DNA of 43,437 nucleotides from Thermoanaerobaculia bacterium (GTDB lineage Bacteria; Acidobacteriota; Thermoanaerobaculia; Gp7-AA8): NCBI GenBank assembly GCA_034663965.1, contig JAXDIO010000308.1, positions 1 to 43,437 of the forward strand, read 5' to 3'. Shown piece by piece: positions 29,603 to 38,727 of this stretch (position 1 is its first letter; each line of letters starts with the position of its first letter). The notes under the pieces were generated by a model. It saw only the letters and a program-made list of their open reading frames with translations, ran no database searches and was not told where the DNA came from. The position numbers and the translations under genes were made by a program.

Positions 29603-30094
29603 ATGTCCGAACCTGTCGTCCACTCCCACTGGCACCAGTCCATCTCAGGGCTCTCCATCACACCCACCGAGTTCTACGAAGCCGTCGGCAAGGCGATCGA
29701 AGCCAAGAACATCCCCGGCATCAAGATCGAAGGGAAGTACTACGGCGAGGGCATGATCGGCTCCGCCCAGAGGCTCTACCTCAGAGCGAAGCGGAACGAG
29801 TACTACTTCGACATCTGCGGCGCGCCCTTCGCCGACGGCTCCTTCGTCTCCTGGTGGCTCGCCGAGGATACCGGCTGCATGCGCGGCTGCCTCATGGCGC
29901 TGCCGATCATCGGCTGGCTGCTTCTCGTCCTCATCTATCGGGAGACTTACTACAAGGTGGACACGCGCCTCATGTTCCAGGACGCGATCCACTCGGCCGT
30001 GCTCTCCGTCGTTGACGAGTTCACCACCGCGAAGGGTCTGCGTGCCCTCTCGGAGGCGCAGCGGACACCTACTATGATGAAGCTCATCAAGTAA
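29603..30094 (+). CDS. Hypothetical single-TM protein coupled to the coupling-protein gene
   Basis: GGAGG SD before ATG 29603; strongly GC3-biased codons; one hydrophobic helix; 9 bp upstream of the T4CP gene. Confidence 0.65.
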   Translation: MSEPVVHSHWHQSISGLSITPTEFYEAVGKAIEAKNIPGIKIEGKYYGEGMIGSAQRLYLRAKRNEYYFDICGAPFADGSFVSWWLAEDTGCMRGCLMALPIIGWLLLVLIYRETYYKVDTRLMFQDAIHSAVLSVVDEFTTAKGLRALSEAQRTPTMMKLIK

Positions 30095-30103
30095 GACTGT
30101 CGG

Positions 30104-32626
30104 ATGCTGCCGTACGAGGAACTCACGCGCCGTTTCTACGAGTGGGAAACTCGCGGTCGGGGTGCGCTCCAGTGGCCGGCGTGTGTCCGGCTGGAGCCGC
30201 CCTTCCGGCCGTTCCAAGGCCACTTCATCGCGTCGTGCCCGGCAGTGGAGGACGACGGCCGGAAGCATGGAGTTTTGAGCTGGCTTGGCATACAGCTCAC
30301 GCGACCGCTCGGAGCACCGGCCCCGGCGCCGCAAGAAGAACTTCCCGAGGAAACCGAGCCGGAACCCGAAGCGGACGAGGGCGGTCAAGAGATCGTCGAG
30401 TTCGCGCTGGCCTTGAAGGAAGGCACGCGCGTAGACCGCGAAGGAGCGGAAGCGTTTCTGCTCGCGCTCCGCGCCTGCAGCGAGCCGATCGGCTTCGAGA
30501 TCGTCGCGACCGCGGAGCGCATCGTGGTCCAGTGGGCGGCAAGGCGAAGCGATGCGGGACTTCTGCGCGAAGAGTTGCGCGTGTTCTTTCCGGAGGCAGG
30601 AGTCGCCGAGATCACCGATTCGCTCCTCGCGACTTGGAGCGAGCCGCCCGGCACGATGGCGATCGTCGAATGCGGCCTCGCCCGCGAGTTCATGCTGCCG
30701 CTCCGCACCTTCCTGCGCGCCGATCCCGATCCGCTCCTCGCGAGTTTCGGCGCGCTCTCCGATCTCGCCGCCGATGAAGTTGCGATACTCCAAGTGCTCT
30801 TCGAACCCGCGCGCGAGGATTGGGCGGAGAGTGTGCGGCGCGCGGTCACGGACGGCGAAGGCGGCGCGTTCTTTGTCGATGCGCCAGAGCTCACGAAGCT
30901 CGCGCTCGAGAAAGTCTCGCATCCGCTCTTTGCCGTCGTGCTTCGCCTCGCTACGAGCTCGCCCATCACAGGTCGCGCGGAAGCGATTCTTCGCTCACTC
31001 GCGGGAACGCTCGCGCACTTCGGCAGGGCGGATGGGAACGAACTCACGATCGCTGTGAACAAGCGCGGAGTCTCCTTGGAGCGCGATCTTCTGCTACGCA
31101 CCTCGCACCGCAGCGGCATACTCCTGTCGGCCGGGGAACTCGTGGGCGTGGCCCATCCTCCCGGCGCGTCCGTCGTTTTGCCAAAGCTGATGCGGCGCGT
31201 GCGGCGCATGAAGGCCGCGCCGCAATCGAGTGTGGGTCATGCGCTTACTCTTGGCACAAACGAGCACGCCGGCGAAACAAGAATCGTCGGACTCACTCCC
31301 GAAGAGCGCATGCGTCACATGCATGTGGTCGGAGCCTCCGGAACCGGCAAGAGCACCTTCCTCCTCGACCTCATTCTCCAATCCATAGCGCTCGGGCGCG
31401 GGGTTGGCGTTCTCGATCCGCACGGCGATCTCGTGGATGAAGTGCTCGCGAGGATTCCGGAGGCGCGCGAAGACGATGTCGTGCTCCTTGATGCGTCAGA
31501 TGCCGAATACCCGGTGGGCTTGAATCTCCTCGACGCCCATTCCGAACTCGAAGGAACGCTTCTCGCCTCGGACTTAACCGGCATCTTCCGCCGCCTCTCG
31601 ACCACATGGGGCGACCAGATGCAGACGGTGCTCGCGAACGCGATCCAGGCGTTCCTGACCTCGAACACCGGCGGCAGCCTTCATGACCTTCGCCGGTTCC
31701 TGATCGAGCCGGACTACCGGCGTGAGTTTCTCCTCACCGTCACGGACGAGGAAGTCGTCTACTACTGGACCAAGGAGTTCCCGCTCCTCGTCGGGAAACC
31801 CGCCGCGCCGATCCTCACTCGGCTCGACGGCTTCCTCAGACCGAAGCCGCTCCGCGCCATGTTCGCGGCCCGCGAGAGCCGCCTCGATTTCCGCGAGATC
31901 ATGGACGGTGGCCGCATCTTCCTCGCGAAGCTCGCACAGGGCGCGATCGGCGAAGAGAACGCTGCGCTCCTCGGCAGCCTGATCGTCGCGAAGTTCCATC
32001 AGGCGGCGCTCAGCCGACAGGAACTGCAACGCGAGTCGCGAAAAGATTTCGATCTCGTGATCGACGAGTTCCAGGACCTCGTCACGCCCTCGGTCGCGAA
32101 GATCTTGGCCGGCACCCGCAAGTACCGGCTCGGTCTCACGGCGGCACACCAGTCGCTTCGCCCGGTTTACGAAGCAGATCAAAACGTTGCCGCAGCGCTT
32201 CTCGCGAACGCGGCGACGCGGGTCGTTTTCCGCGTGGGCGACGATGACGCGAAGAAGCTCGCGGACGGCTTCACCTCGTTTGACGCGCAGTCCCTTGTCT
32301 CTCTCGGCGTCGGCGAAGCGGTCTGCCGGATCGACCGCGCCGACCATGACTTCAATTTGAGAACGCGGGTACCGGCAGGTGTCGCGCCAGCGACCGCGGC
32401 AACGCGCCGCTCCGCGATCGTCGAGAAGTCGCGAGCAAAGTACGGATCGCGTCCGGTTACGACCTCGCGCCAGCAGACGAACACCGCGCCCCCGGGAAGT
32501 GAGCGGAGGCCAACGGCCAAGGCTTCGCAGCCTGAGCGGAAGAAACCGCGACGCTCGCCGGCCGACGAGCTGAAGGCGCTCCTCCGCACTACGCAAGATC
32601 CCGCCGACACCTCAAAGGAAGAGTGA
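30104..32626 (+). CDS. Type IV coupling protein-like ATPase (VirD4/TraD/TrwB; HerA-FtsK superfamily)
   Basis: RHMHVVGASGTGKS (Walker A), VLDPHGDL, LVIDEFQD (Walker B), RKYRLGLTAAHQ, FRVGDDDA. Confidence 0.85.
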   Translation: MLPYEELTRRFYEWETRGRGALQWPACVRLEPPFRPFQGHFIASCPAVEDDGRKHGVLSWLGIQLTRPLGAPAPAPQEELPEETEPEPEADEGGQEIVEFALALKEGTRVDREGAEAFLLALRACSEPIGFEIVATAERIVVQWAARRSDAGLLREELRVFFPEAGVAEITDSLLATWSEPPGTMAIVECGLAREFMLPLRTFLRADPDPLLASFGALSDLAADEVAILQVLFEPAREDWAESVRRAVTDGEGGAFFVDAPELTKLALEKVSHPLFAVVLRLATSSPITGRAEAILRSLAGTLAHFGRADGNELTIAVNKRGVSLERDLLLRTSHRSGILLSAGELVGVAHPPGASVVLPKLMRRVRRMKAAPQSSVGHALTLGTNEHAGETRIVGLTPEERMRHMHVVGASGTGKSTFLLDLILQSIALGRGVGVLDPHGDLVDEVLARIPEAREDDVVLLDASDAEYPVGLNLLDAHSELEGTLLASDLTGIFRRLSTTWGDQMQTVLANAIQAFLTSNTGGSLHDLRRFLIEPDYRREFLLTVTDEEVVYYWTKEFPLLVGKPAAPILTRLDGFLRPKPLRAMFAARESRLDFREIMDGGRIFLAKLAQGAIGEENAALLGSLIVAKFHQAALSRQELQRESRKDFDLVIDEFQDLVTPSVAKILAGTRKYRLGLTAAHQSLRPVYEADQNVAAALLANAATRVVFRVGDDDAKKLADGFTSFDAQSLVSLGVGEAVCRIDRADHDFNLRTRVPAGVAPATAATRRSAIVEKSRAKYGSRPVTTSRQQTNTAPPGSERRPTAKASQPERKKPRRSPADELKALLRTTQDPADTSKEE

Positions 32627-32839
32627 ATCGCTCCTCGGAGAGTGTGGAGACAAAGTGTAGAGACGTATCCACAGTTTGCGAGGAGCGGAAGCGCTTACTT
32701 TCAACGAGTTAGCGGAAGGAGCTTGCCCGAGGCTTATCAAGGAACGGCGCGGTACAGTCGTGCTGACTTCCCAAACTGAGCGCACGTGCGAAATGGCATA
32801 ATGGTGGGATTCCAATAAATCCCTGACGAGGAGTGCTCG

Positions 32840-34435
32840 ATGGTCATACGACTGCCGCACCGTCTACAAGCTACGCTTGCTGCAATTTGCATTGCCGCTC
32901 TCTCCGCGTGTACGTCAGTCGGCACAGGTAGCCTCGCGATCATCCGCACGAAGTGCGTAGACGATCCGCGGATGGCTGAAAATTGTGCGACATTGACCGC
33001 CAAATATCCCCACCTCATCACCGGGGAGGACGCCTCCGTTCCTCTGGTGATCGGGTCTGATGGAACCGTTGTCACGACTGCGGTTCCGGACTTCGCTTCG
33101 TTCCGGAAGCAGATCTACGGAACCGACGCGTTCACGCCGGCGACGCTCTCGCTGAACGTGCACGACCGCGGCAGCGCGCCGGCGTTCCTCCCGCTCGACG
33201 TGTCGCAACTGATCGCGTCGACGCTGTCTTCCTTTGCTGCGGCAAACTCAAAGACGCCGCTCAGCACCGCCATCATGTTGCAGACGTTTCTTCAGGCCCG
33301 CTTTCGCAACGTTGCCGATTTGTCCCTGGCAATTGTGCCGCATCATCAGGTCGATGGCCGGCAGGTTTACTACTACTACCCTCGGGTGTCGTTCGACTTC
33401 GGATCGGTCTTCACGTCGGCGTCGACGCTCGACCGTTTCGATTTTCTCGCGCTGCGGCTAACGCTGAAGGGATGTCCCGCAGGCCCGCCGCGGGTGCGCA
33501 TCGTCGATTACTATCCCAAGGCATCCGACTTCGCGGAATACACACGCGGCCAGCTTACCGAAGGTGCGCAGTTACAGGCGCAACTCGCGTACACGGCAAC
33601 CAAGGGCGTGAGCGCGATTACCGGCGCGACGCCTGATACAACCACGAGTACACGGTCCACGACGCTTGGACCCCAAGTCGGTGGCTCAGTTTCTGACAGC
33701 TACGTTGCGCAGATCGTCGATGCGATCGACCGCCGCACCTCCGCGGTACTCGATGACGGCGCCATGTTCTATGCCGATTTCCGCGGCACGCGGCAGGTGC
33801 GCGTCGGCGGCACCTACAACTTCGATGTCATGCTCGAGGTGCCATCACAGCTCCAGCCAACCGATACGGCGCCATGCGCTGATCCGAGCGCGACTTGCGT
33901 CTCTAATCCGATTGCGACGAATGTGAATGCCGACGCAACGCTGATCGGAATGGTGCGCCACGTTTACCGCCGAGGTCAGATCGGTCGCGTCACACGCGTT
34001 CCGGAGCCGGAAAACGATGACGTCTTCGAAGAGGTCGTTCTCAAACGCATTCCCGACATAGCGCTTTGGCAGTTCAATGCGTCCCCGGCCGTCAGCAACA
34101 CGACGTCGGTGCTGAACTGCGTACTCGCCGTGACCACAAATCGGGATGACGCCGAGTTTGTCGCGAACGATGCGCAGGGCGCGCTCTTGGGGCGCGGCAG
34201 TGGTCGCGAGGCGGCAATCACATATTCGTCACCTGCGGGTAAGGCATGCGCCACGCCGACGCTTTCCTTTCTGCCGATTCTCACCGCCGGGGATAAAGGC
34301 AGCACCACAATTCTTCGCGCATCCATCGCCATCGCCGGGAAAGTAGCGATCTCCGATGGAGTGGTTTCTGCGGTCATCCCGCTCGCCAATGGCAATGCAT
34401 CCGTCGTCGCGTCCTACGCGCCCGTTCAACCCTGA
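32840..34435 (+). CDS. Hypothetical lipoprotein, beta-rich
   Basis: SD GAGGAG; signal peptide ending in lipobox LSA-C; several spaced Cys; no family recognised. Confidence 0.7.
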   Translation: MVIRLPHRLQATLAAICIAALSACTSVGTGSLAIIRTKCVDDPRMAENCATLTAKYPHLITGEDASVPLVIGSDGTVVTTAVPDFASFRKQIYGTDAFTPATLSLNVHDRGSAPAFLPLDVSQLIASTLSSFAAANSKTPLSTAIMLQTFLQARFRNVADLSLAIVPHHQVDGRQVYYYYPRVSFDFGSVFTSASTLDRFDFLALRLTLKGCPAGPPRVRIVDYYPKASDFAEYTRGQLTEGAQLQAQLAYTATKGVSAITGATPDTTTSTRSTTLGPQVGGSVSDSYVAQIVDAIDRRTSAVLDDGAMFYADFRGTRQVRVGGTYNFDVMLEVPSQLQPTDTAPCADPSATCVSNPIATNVNADATLIGMVRHVYRRGQIGRVTRVPEPENDDVFEEVVLKRIPDIALWQFNASPAVSNTTSVLNCVLAVTTNRDDAEFVANDAQGALLGRGSGREAAITYSSPAGKACATPTLSFLPILTAGDKGSTTILRASIAIAGKVAISDGVVSAVIPLANGNASVVASYAPVQP

Positions 34436-34451
34436 TCGAAAAGGAGAGCAC

Positions 34452-34661
34452 ATGCCGAAGCATTCGAAGAAGCACAAGGGATTCATCGACGCAGTCGTGA
34501 AGATTTCGGGCGGGCATGAGGAAGCCGCTGAGGATTTCTTCCTCGTGAAAAAATCCGAGCTGCACGATGTGTTCGGCGCGGAAGGGGAAACTGGCGGCAA
34601 GTGCGTCTTGTGGGGCGTCGATCCGACTACAGGACAGCCCGTCTGCCTCAAACGCGCATAG
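34452..34661 (+). CDS. 69-aa small protein with C-terminal two-Cys motif
   Basis: Strong SD AAGGAG before ATG 34452, 16 bp after the lipoprotein stop; MPKHSKKHKG...SELHDVFGAEGETGGKCVLWGVDPTTGQPVCLKRA. Confidence 0.65.
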   Translation: MPKHSKKHKGFIDAVVKISGGHEEAAEDFFLVKKSELHDVFGAEGETGGKCVLWGVDPTTGQPVCLKRA

Positions 34662-34969
34662 CGCATCAGTACCAGTCGCCAGGGCGTTTGCGGAGCGGTA
34701 CGGACGTATGAGCGGTTGCGAGTTCCTGGTCATGCGGGTTGAACCTGCTTCCATGGAAGGGACAAACGGTGCGCATCAACTTTCTCGCGCCGACAAACGC
34801 GAGCTTGAAACTACGTTTCGGTCGATGACGTAAGCGTCATCGCCGATGTCAACTAACCGCGGCATTCGGTTGGCCGTCCGCCCCCTTTAGGGCAGGCGGC
34901 CAGTGCACGACAGGAAGCTCTGAATTCCTTACCGCGAGCCGAACGCCGCAGGCGACTGCCCGGGGCTTA

Positions 34970-36574
34970 TCACCGAGCGCGGCAGCGATCAAAAATCCAC
35001 CACACGGGCTGTTGGCTGCGACGCGGCGAAAGGCACGTGCGTCGACCGGCTGGCGTCTCGTATAGAAGCAGCTCGTGAAGATCGGTGATCACCGAGATGT
35101 TGTCAGCGAAATAGGAGTGACCTAAGAAGTCGGTGCTCACAGCGGAAACATCCACGGAGGTAAATCCGGAACCGGTGACAATGCTGCCTCCGGCGCTATC
35201 CCGTTCTCCCACGCGCAACTCGGACTTATGCCACTTGTGCGACTCGCGCAACGCGCGGTCCTTCGACGAAGCGTAGAGAGTGACCTCGCCTGCGAGCTTC
35301 GTGACGGCTTCGATCAGCTGGCCGAACTTGTTTCGCGACATATCAGGAGCAGTAAGGACGACATCGGAGAGGTTCGCGAACTGCGGCGGCTTCTGCGAAT
35401 TGCCCTGAACTTCGGCAAGAGCCTTGAGGAGCGCCCGGTTGCCCAGACTGTGGGCGACGATGGCAATGCGCTTCGCGCCTGAGCGCGTGGCGAGGAGCCG
35501 CACGAACGCGACGAGGTGCGGAACGGTATCGTCGTTGTTCTCCTCGTCGGCCGGATAGCCAACAAGATTCCCCTGCGACGGCCACGAATAGAGAACGGTC
35601 GGCCCGGCGGGCTTAAGATCATAGGCAAGGATCGCCGCGCGTTGCACCGCGTCTTCGAATGGGACGTTGTAGCCGTGAACGAAGACGAGGAGGTCGGGTC
35701 GATCCGGCTTAAGCTTGCTCGCGTCCCGGACGCGCGTTTGAATCTCGCCGATAAACGCGCCCTCCTGCATACGCTCGATCTCGAGCAGCACCACGTCACG
35801 GCTCTGGCTCGCGCTACGAAACGAGAACCGCCCCGGCTTCTCCCACTCGCCAATGCGGTGATCGCGAGGGATGCTGACGGTGCCCCAGCCGAACGTCAGG
35901 TCCTTCGCGAGCTTCGGCTCGAAGGCGGTGCCGTTCCATCGCCGATCTGTTCCGAAATACACCCGAACGACCGTAAACACCGGGTCTTCCATCCAATGCA
36001 ATCCGGTCGTTTGAGTGTCAGTCGATGCGAGGAGCTCGCTGCGGAGGATGCGCACTCGCACGCGGCGATTCTGTGCGCGGGCGTACTCCGTCTGCCCTTC
36101 GACAAGCGGGCGCTCCTTGCCGTAGCTCTCGGTTGTAATCTTCGCCTCGACCTCGCGCTGGTGAAAATACCGTTCGACGGCGGCCACTCGTTCGGCGGCG
36201 AGGCGCGCGTTCACCTCCGCTCCACCGTCGTCGTCCGCATGTCCTTCGAGCGCCACCTTAAAGACGTAAGACTTTTTCGCGATCGTCACGTCCTCTTCCA
36301 ACGCCGGCAGCTGATCCTCCGCGATCGTTACGCTGTTCAGGTCGAAGAAGATGTCCACCGGATAGCGTTCACCCTCCATGAACTCCTGGAGCGAGAATCG
36401 CGGCACCTTGAACCGGTCGTCCAGTTCCTGAGGGAGGTTGCCTGGCGCGGTAGTGGTGCTTTGTGGCTTCTCGGATTGCTGAGCCGCCTTCGGATCGGAC
36501 GGTTGCACAGCGCCGATCAAGAGCGACATCCCAGCGGCGAGCAGATAGCGCGCGACTTGAACTGGTGCTGGCAT
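34970..36574 (-). CDS. Secreted OmpA-domain + DUF900-type alpha/beta hydrolase fusion
   Basis: Signal peptide; LEGHADDDG...AQNRRV (OmpA/Pal-like); VYFGTDR, LVFVHGYN, YSWPSQG, IVAHSLGNR, TAPD, GHSYF (DUF900). SD GGAGG. Confidence 0.82.
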   Translation of the reverse strand: MPAPVQVARYLLAAGMSLLIGAVQPSDPKAAQQSEKPQSTTTAPGNLPQELDDRFKVPRFSLQEFMEGERYPVDIFFDLNSVTIAEDQLPALEEDVTIAKKSYVFKVALEGHADDDGGAEVNARLAAERVAAVERYFHQREVEAKITTESYGKERPLVEGQTEYARAQNRRVRVRILRSELLASTDTQTTGLHWMEDPVFTVVRVYFGTDRRWNGTAFEPKLAKDLTFGWGTVSIPRDHRIGEWEKPGRFSFRSASQSRDVVLLEIERMQEGAFIGEIQTRVRDASKLKPDRPDLLVFVHGYNVPFEDAVQRAAILAYDLKPAGPTVLYSWPSQGNLVGYPADEENNDDTVPHLVAFVRLLATRSGAKRIAIVAHSLGNRALLKALAEVQGNSQKPPQFANLSDVVLTAPDMSRNKFGQLIEAVTKLAGEVTLYASSKDRALRESHKWHKSELRVGERDSAGGSIVTGSGFTSVDVSAVSTDFLGHSYFADNISVITDLHELLLYETPAGRRTCLSPRRSQQPVWWIFDRCRAR

Positions 36575-36652
36575 CATCGATCCTCCGAGAATGTGATTGC
36601 CAGTGTAATAGACGGACAGTGACGGGGTTTCTCTCTCGTCCCGCGTCCCGCA

Positions 36653-37405
36653 CTAGTCCATGAGCAGCGCACGAAGCTCGACGACGCAATCGCGCGAGCC
36701 CATCGCATCCGGAAGTGCGAGCGATATCAGCTGTACGCCTTCGCAAGACGGCTGCTGCGCAATGAGTGCCGCACGCTTGTTACCGCGTGTGAAGACGACG
36801 ATCCCCGCGTGATCGCCTTCGGCCGCATCGTTCAGGAGTTCGCGTAGTCGTTCGAGTTTCGGAAGAAAGACGGTTGCGAGTCTTTCGCAGCCGAGATCAA
36901 TCTCGCACGCAAGGAGCAGGCCGCGCGTTCCCGCCGCCGCAGGCCAGCGCGCGAGAAGATCAGGGATTGCCAGTGCGGACGAAAGCCGTCGTTGCAGGTA
37001 CCACGCGGGAGAGATGAGCGACGGCGGATTCTTGAGTCCCAAGAACGCGACGCGAAGATCATTGATCGCGAGCGTATGCGCTACGTCCTTGAGGGCCACC
37101 GCCTTTGCCGGTGCGAAGAGTTCATCCTCGGCGATGCCGCGATCGATGAGGAACTCACGGCCGCGCCGAGTGAGCCGCAGCCGGTTCATGCCGATGCCGC
37201 CGAGACGTTCGGCGGCGATGAAGGCGCGCTCTGATGCACGAATGACAAAACGCGAGACCACGTTCGGCGAACGTGAAGCAAAGACCGCTTCGTGAAGCTG
37301 GTACTGCGCGACCTCATAGCCTCTGCCGATGAAGGCGAGGGCGTCGATGTCCCGGTCGCGCAGCCGCGTTCGAGGGACATGCACCGCTTCTAGCGACGGC
37401 GCCAT
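36653..37405 (-). CDS. Replication-relaxation (Replic_Relax) family protein, putative relaxase
   Basis: N-terminal RLRDRDIDAL and winged-helix-like region; HTLAINDLR, IPDL, CEIDLG motif order typical of this family; T4CP nearby. Confidence 0.68.
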   Translation of the reverse strand: MAPSLEAVHVPRTRLRDRDIDALAFIGRGYEVAQYQLHEAVFASRSPNVVSRFVIRASERAFIAAERLGGIGMNRLRLTRRGREFLIDRGIAEDELFAPAKAVALKDVAHTLAINDLRVAFLGLKNPPSLISPAWYLQRRLSSALAIPDLLARWPAAAGTRGLLLACEIDLGCERLATVFLPKLERLRELLNDAAEGDHAGIVVFTRGNKRAALIAQQPSCEGVQLISLALPDAMGSRDCVVELRALLMD

Positions 37406-38190
37406 GCCGCTCTCCGCGGAACGCGAACCGAACGGAGCGCGCGTCTCGACGGCGGGAGATGCGAATGGGTTCTCTCGAAAGCAATTGCCGCGGGTGCCCC
37501 GGCCTCTTCCGCCGACCGAACACCCATGCGGTAGAACCGCGGGTCCCGTTCGATGCCGAGGTAGTCGCGCCCCAGTTCCTTAGCGACGACAAGGATGCGG
37601 CCGGAGCCGAAGAAGGGATCGAGCACCAAGTCGCCCGGCTTGCTCGCGTGCTCGATCGGGCGACGCACGAGCGCCGCAGGTTTCACCGTCTCATGGTGGA
37701 AGTCGTCGTTCTTCGGTTGCCTTGTCTCCCGCTGGATGTGCCAGAGATCGCGGTAGCTGTCGTCATGGGTTCCTCTGTTGCGCGGAAAGAACTTGCCCTT
37801 GGCCGCGAAGATCAGGAACTCGTGGGTGTAGGCGTAGTTCTGGTAGTTCATGCCGTGCACGACCTTGTCCCAGACGATCACGTTTTTGAGTCGAAAGCCG
37901 GCGCGGGAAAGTTCATCGAGCCAGATGCCGAGGCTCTTCCAGTTGATGAAGACGTAGGCGGCGCGATCCATCCGAAGCACCCGGAAGAGTTCCCGCGCCG
38001 TCGTCGCCACTAATTCGCGGTACTCCGCGGGCGAGAGCGCATCGTCGAAGAAGTTTCGGAAGCGGGTCCCGGAGGGAGAGCCTTTGATGCCGGTGTTGTA
38101 GGGCGGGTCGGTGAGGATGAGGTCTACGCTTTCGTCAGGGATCTCGCGGAGCCGTTCGGTGGAGTCGCCAAGCAATAGTTGATTTCTCAT
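37390..38190 (-). CDS. Solitary N6-adenine/N4-cytosine DNA methyltransferase (beta class)
   Basis: VDLILTDPPYN, HETVKP, VLDPFFGSG, YLGIE; no cognate restriction endonuclease adjacent. Confidence 0.9.
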   Translation of the reverse strand: MRNQLLLGDSTERLREIPDESVDLILTDPPYNTGIKGSPSGTRFRNFFDDALSPAEYRELVATTARELFRVLRMDRAAYVFINWKSLGIWLDELSRAGFRLKNVIVWDKVVHGMNYQNYAYTHEFLIFAAKGKFFPRNRGTHDDSYRDLWHIQRETRQPKNDDFHHETVKPAALVRRPIEHASKPGDLVLDPFFGSGRILVVAKELGRDYLGIERDPRFYRMGVRSAEEAGAPAAIAFERTHSHLPPSRRALRSVRVPRRAAWRRR

Positions 38191-38349
38191 GCGCCGCAAG
38201 ATGGAAGACTTTGCGTCGCGCGGGTAGAGGGGGCGCTTCGTTTGCGCGGCTTGCGAGGTTTGCGGAAATCGAAGCGTGTCCGAAGTTCACAAGTGCGCAC
38301 GGACTAAGCGTCAGACGACGAGTGGCCGCCGCCCGACAGGTGCCTACGT

Positions 38350-38598
38350 TCAGCGCCCGTAGGCGGGGCGTGTCACTGGAGCAACTACCGTCATCCGGTT
38401 CTGTACACGAAGGGCGACCTTCCCCGGTATCCGAACGTTCCGATATGTCCGCCGACCGGTCGCCTGCATCCGAAAGACCAGGGTACCCGGTTCGTTCACG
38501 AACATTCTGCGGATGGATTCGGGTGACATGTTCCAGAGAAAAGCCAGTTCCTTCACCGTGTAGCAGTAGTTCGAATCGAGAATGGAAGTTTGTTCCAT
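38350..38598 (-). CDS. Excisionase-like small DNA-binding protein
   Basis: 82 aa, YTVKELAFLWNMSPESIRRMF (HTH) followed by a basic wing RTYRNVRIP; SD GGAGG. Confidence 0.6.
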   Translation of the reverse strand: MEQTSILDSNYCYTVKELAFLWNMSPESIRRMFVNEPGTLVFRMQATGRRTYRNVRIPGKVALRVQNRMTVVAPVTRPAYGR

Positions 38599-38727
38599 GC
38601 TGAACCTCCGTGCGGGCAGGTTCAGTGTCCCCGCTGTTCCCGATCCGAGCGGGTAAGCCCGGACCACTCCAAGCATGATGAGAATAGCACCGACGTTTTC
38701 GCTTTCTACACCCGCGGCCACCTTCGA

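Noticed and set aside
37390-38190. Type II restriction-modification system
   Set aside because: The neighbouring gene fits the Replic_Relax family rather than a restriction endonuclease, so the MTase is treated as solitary.
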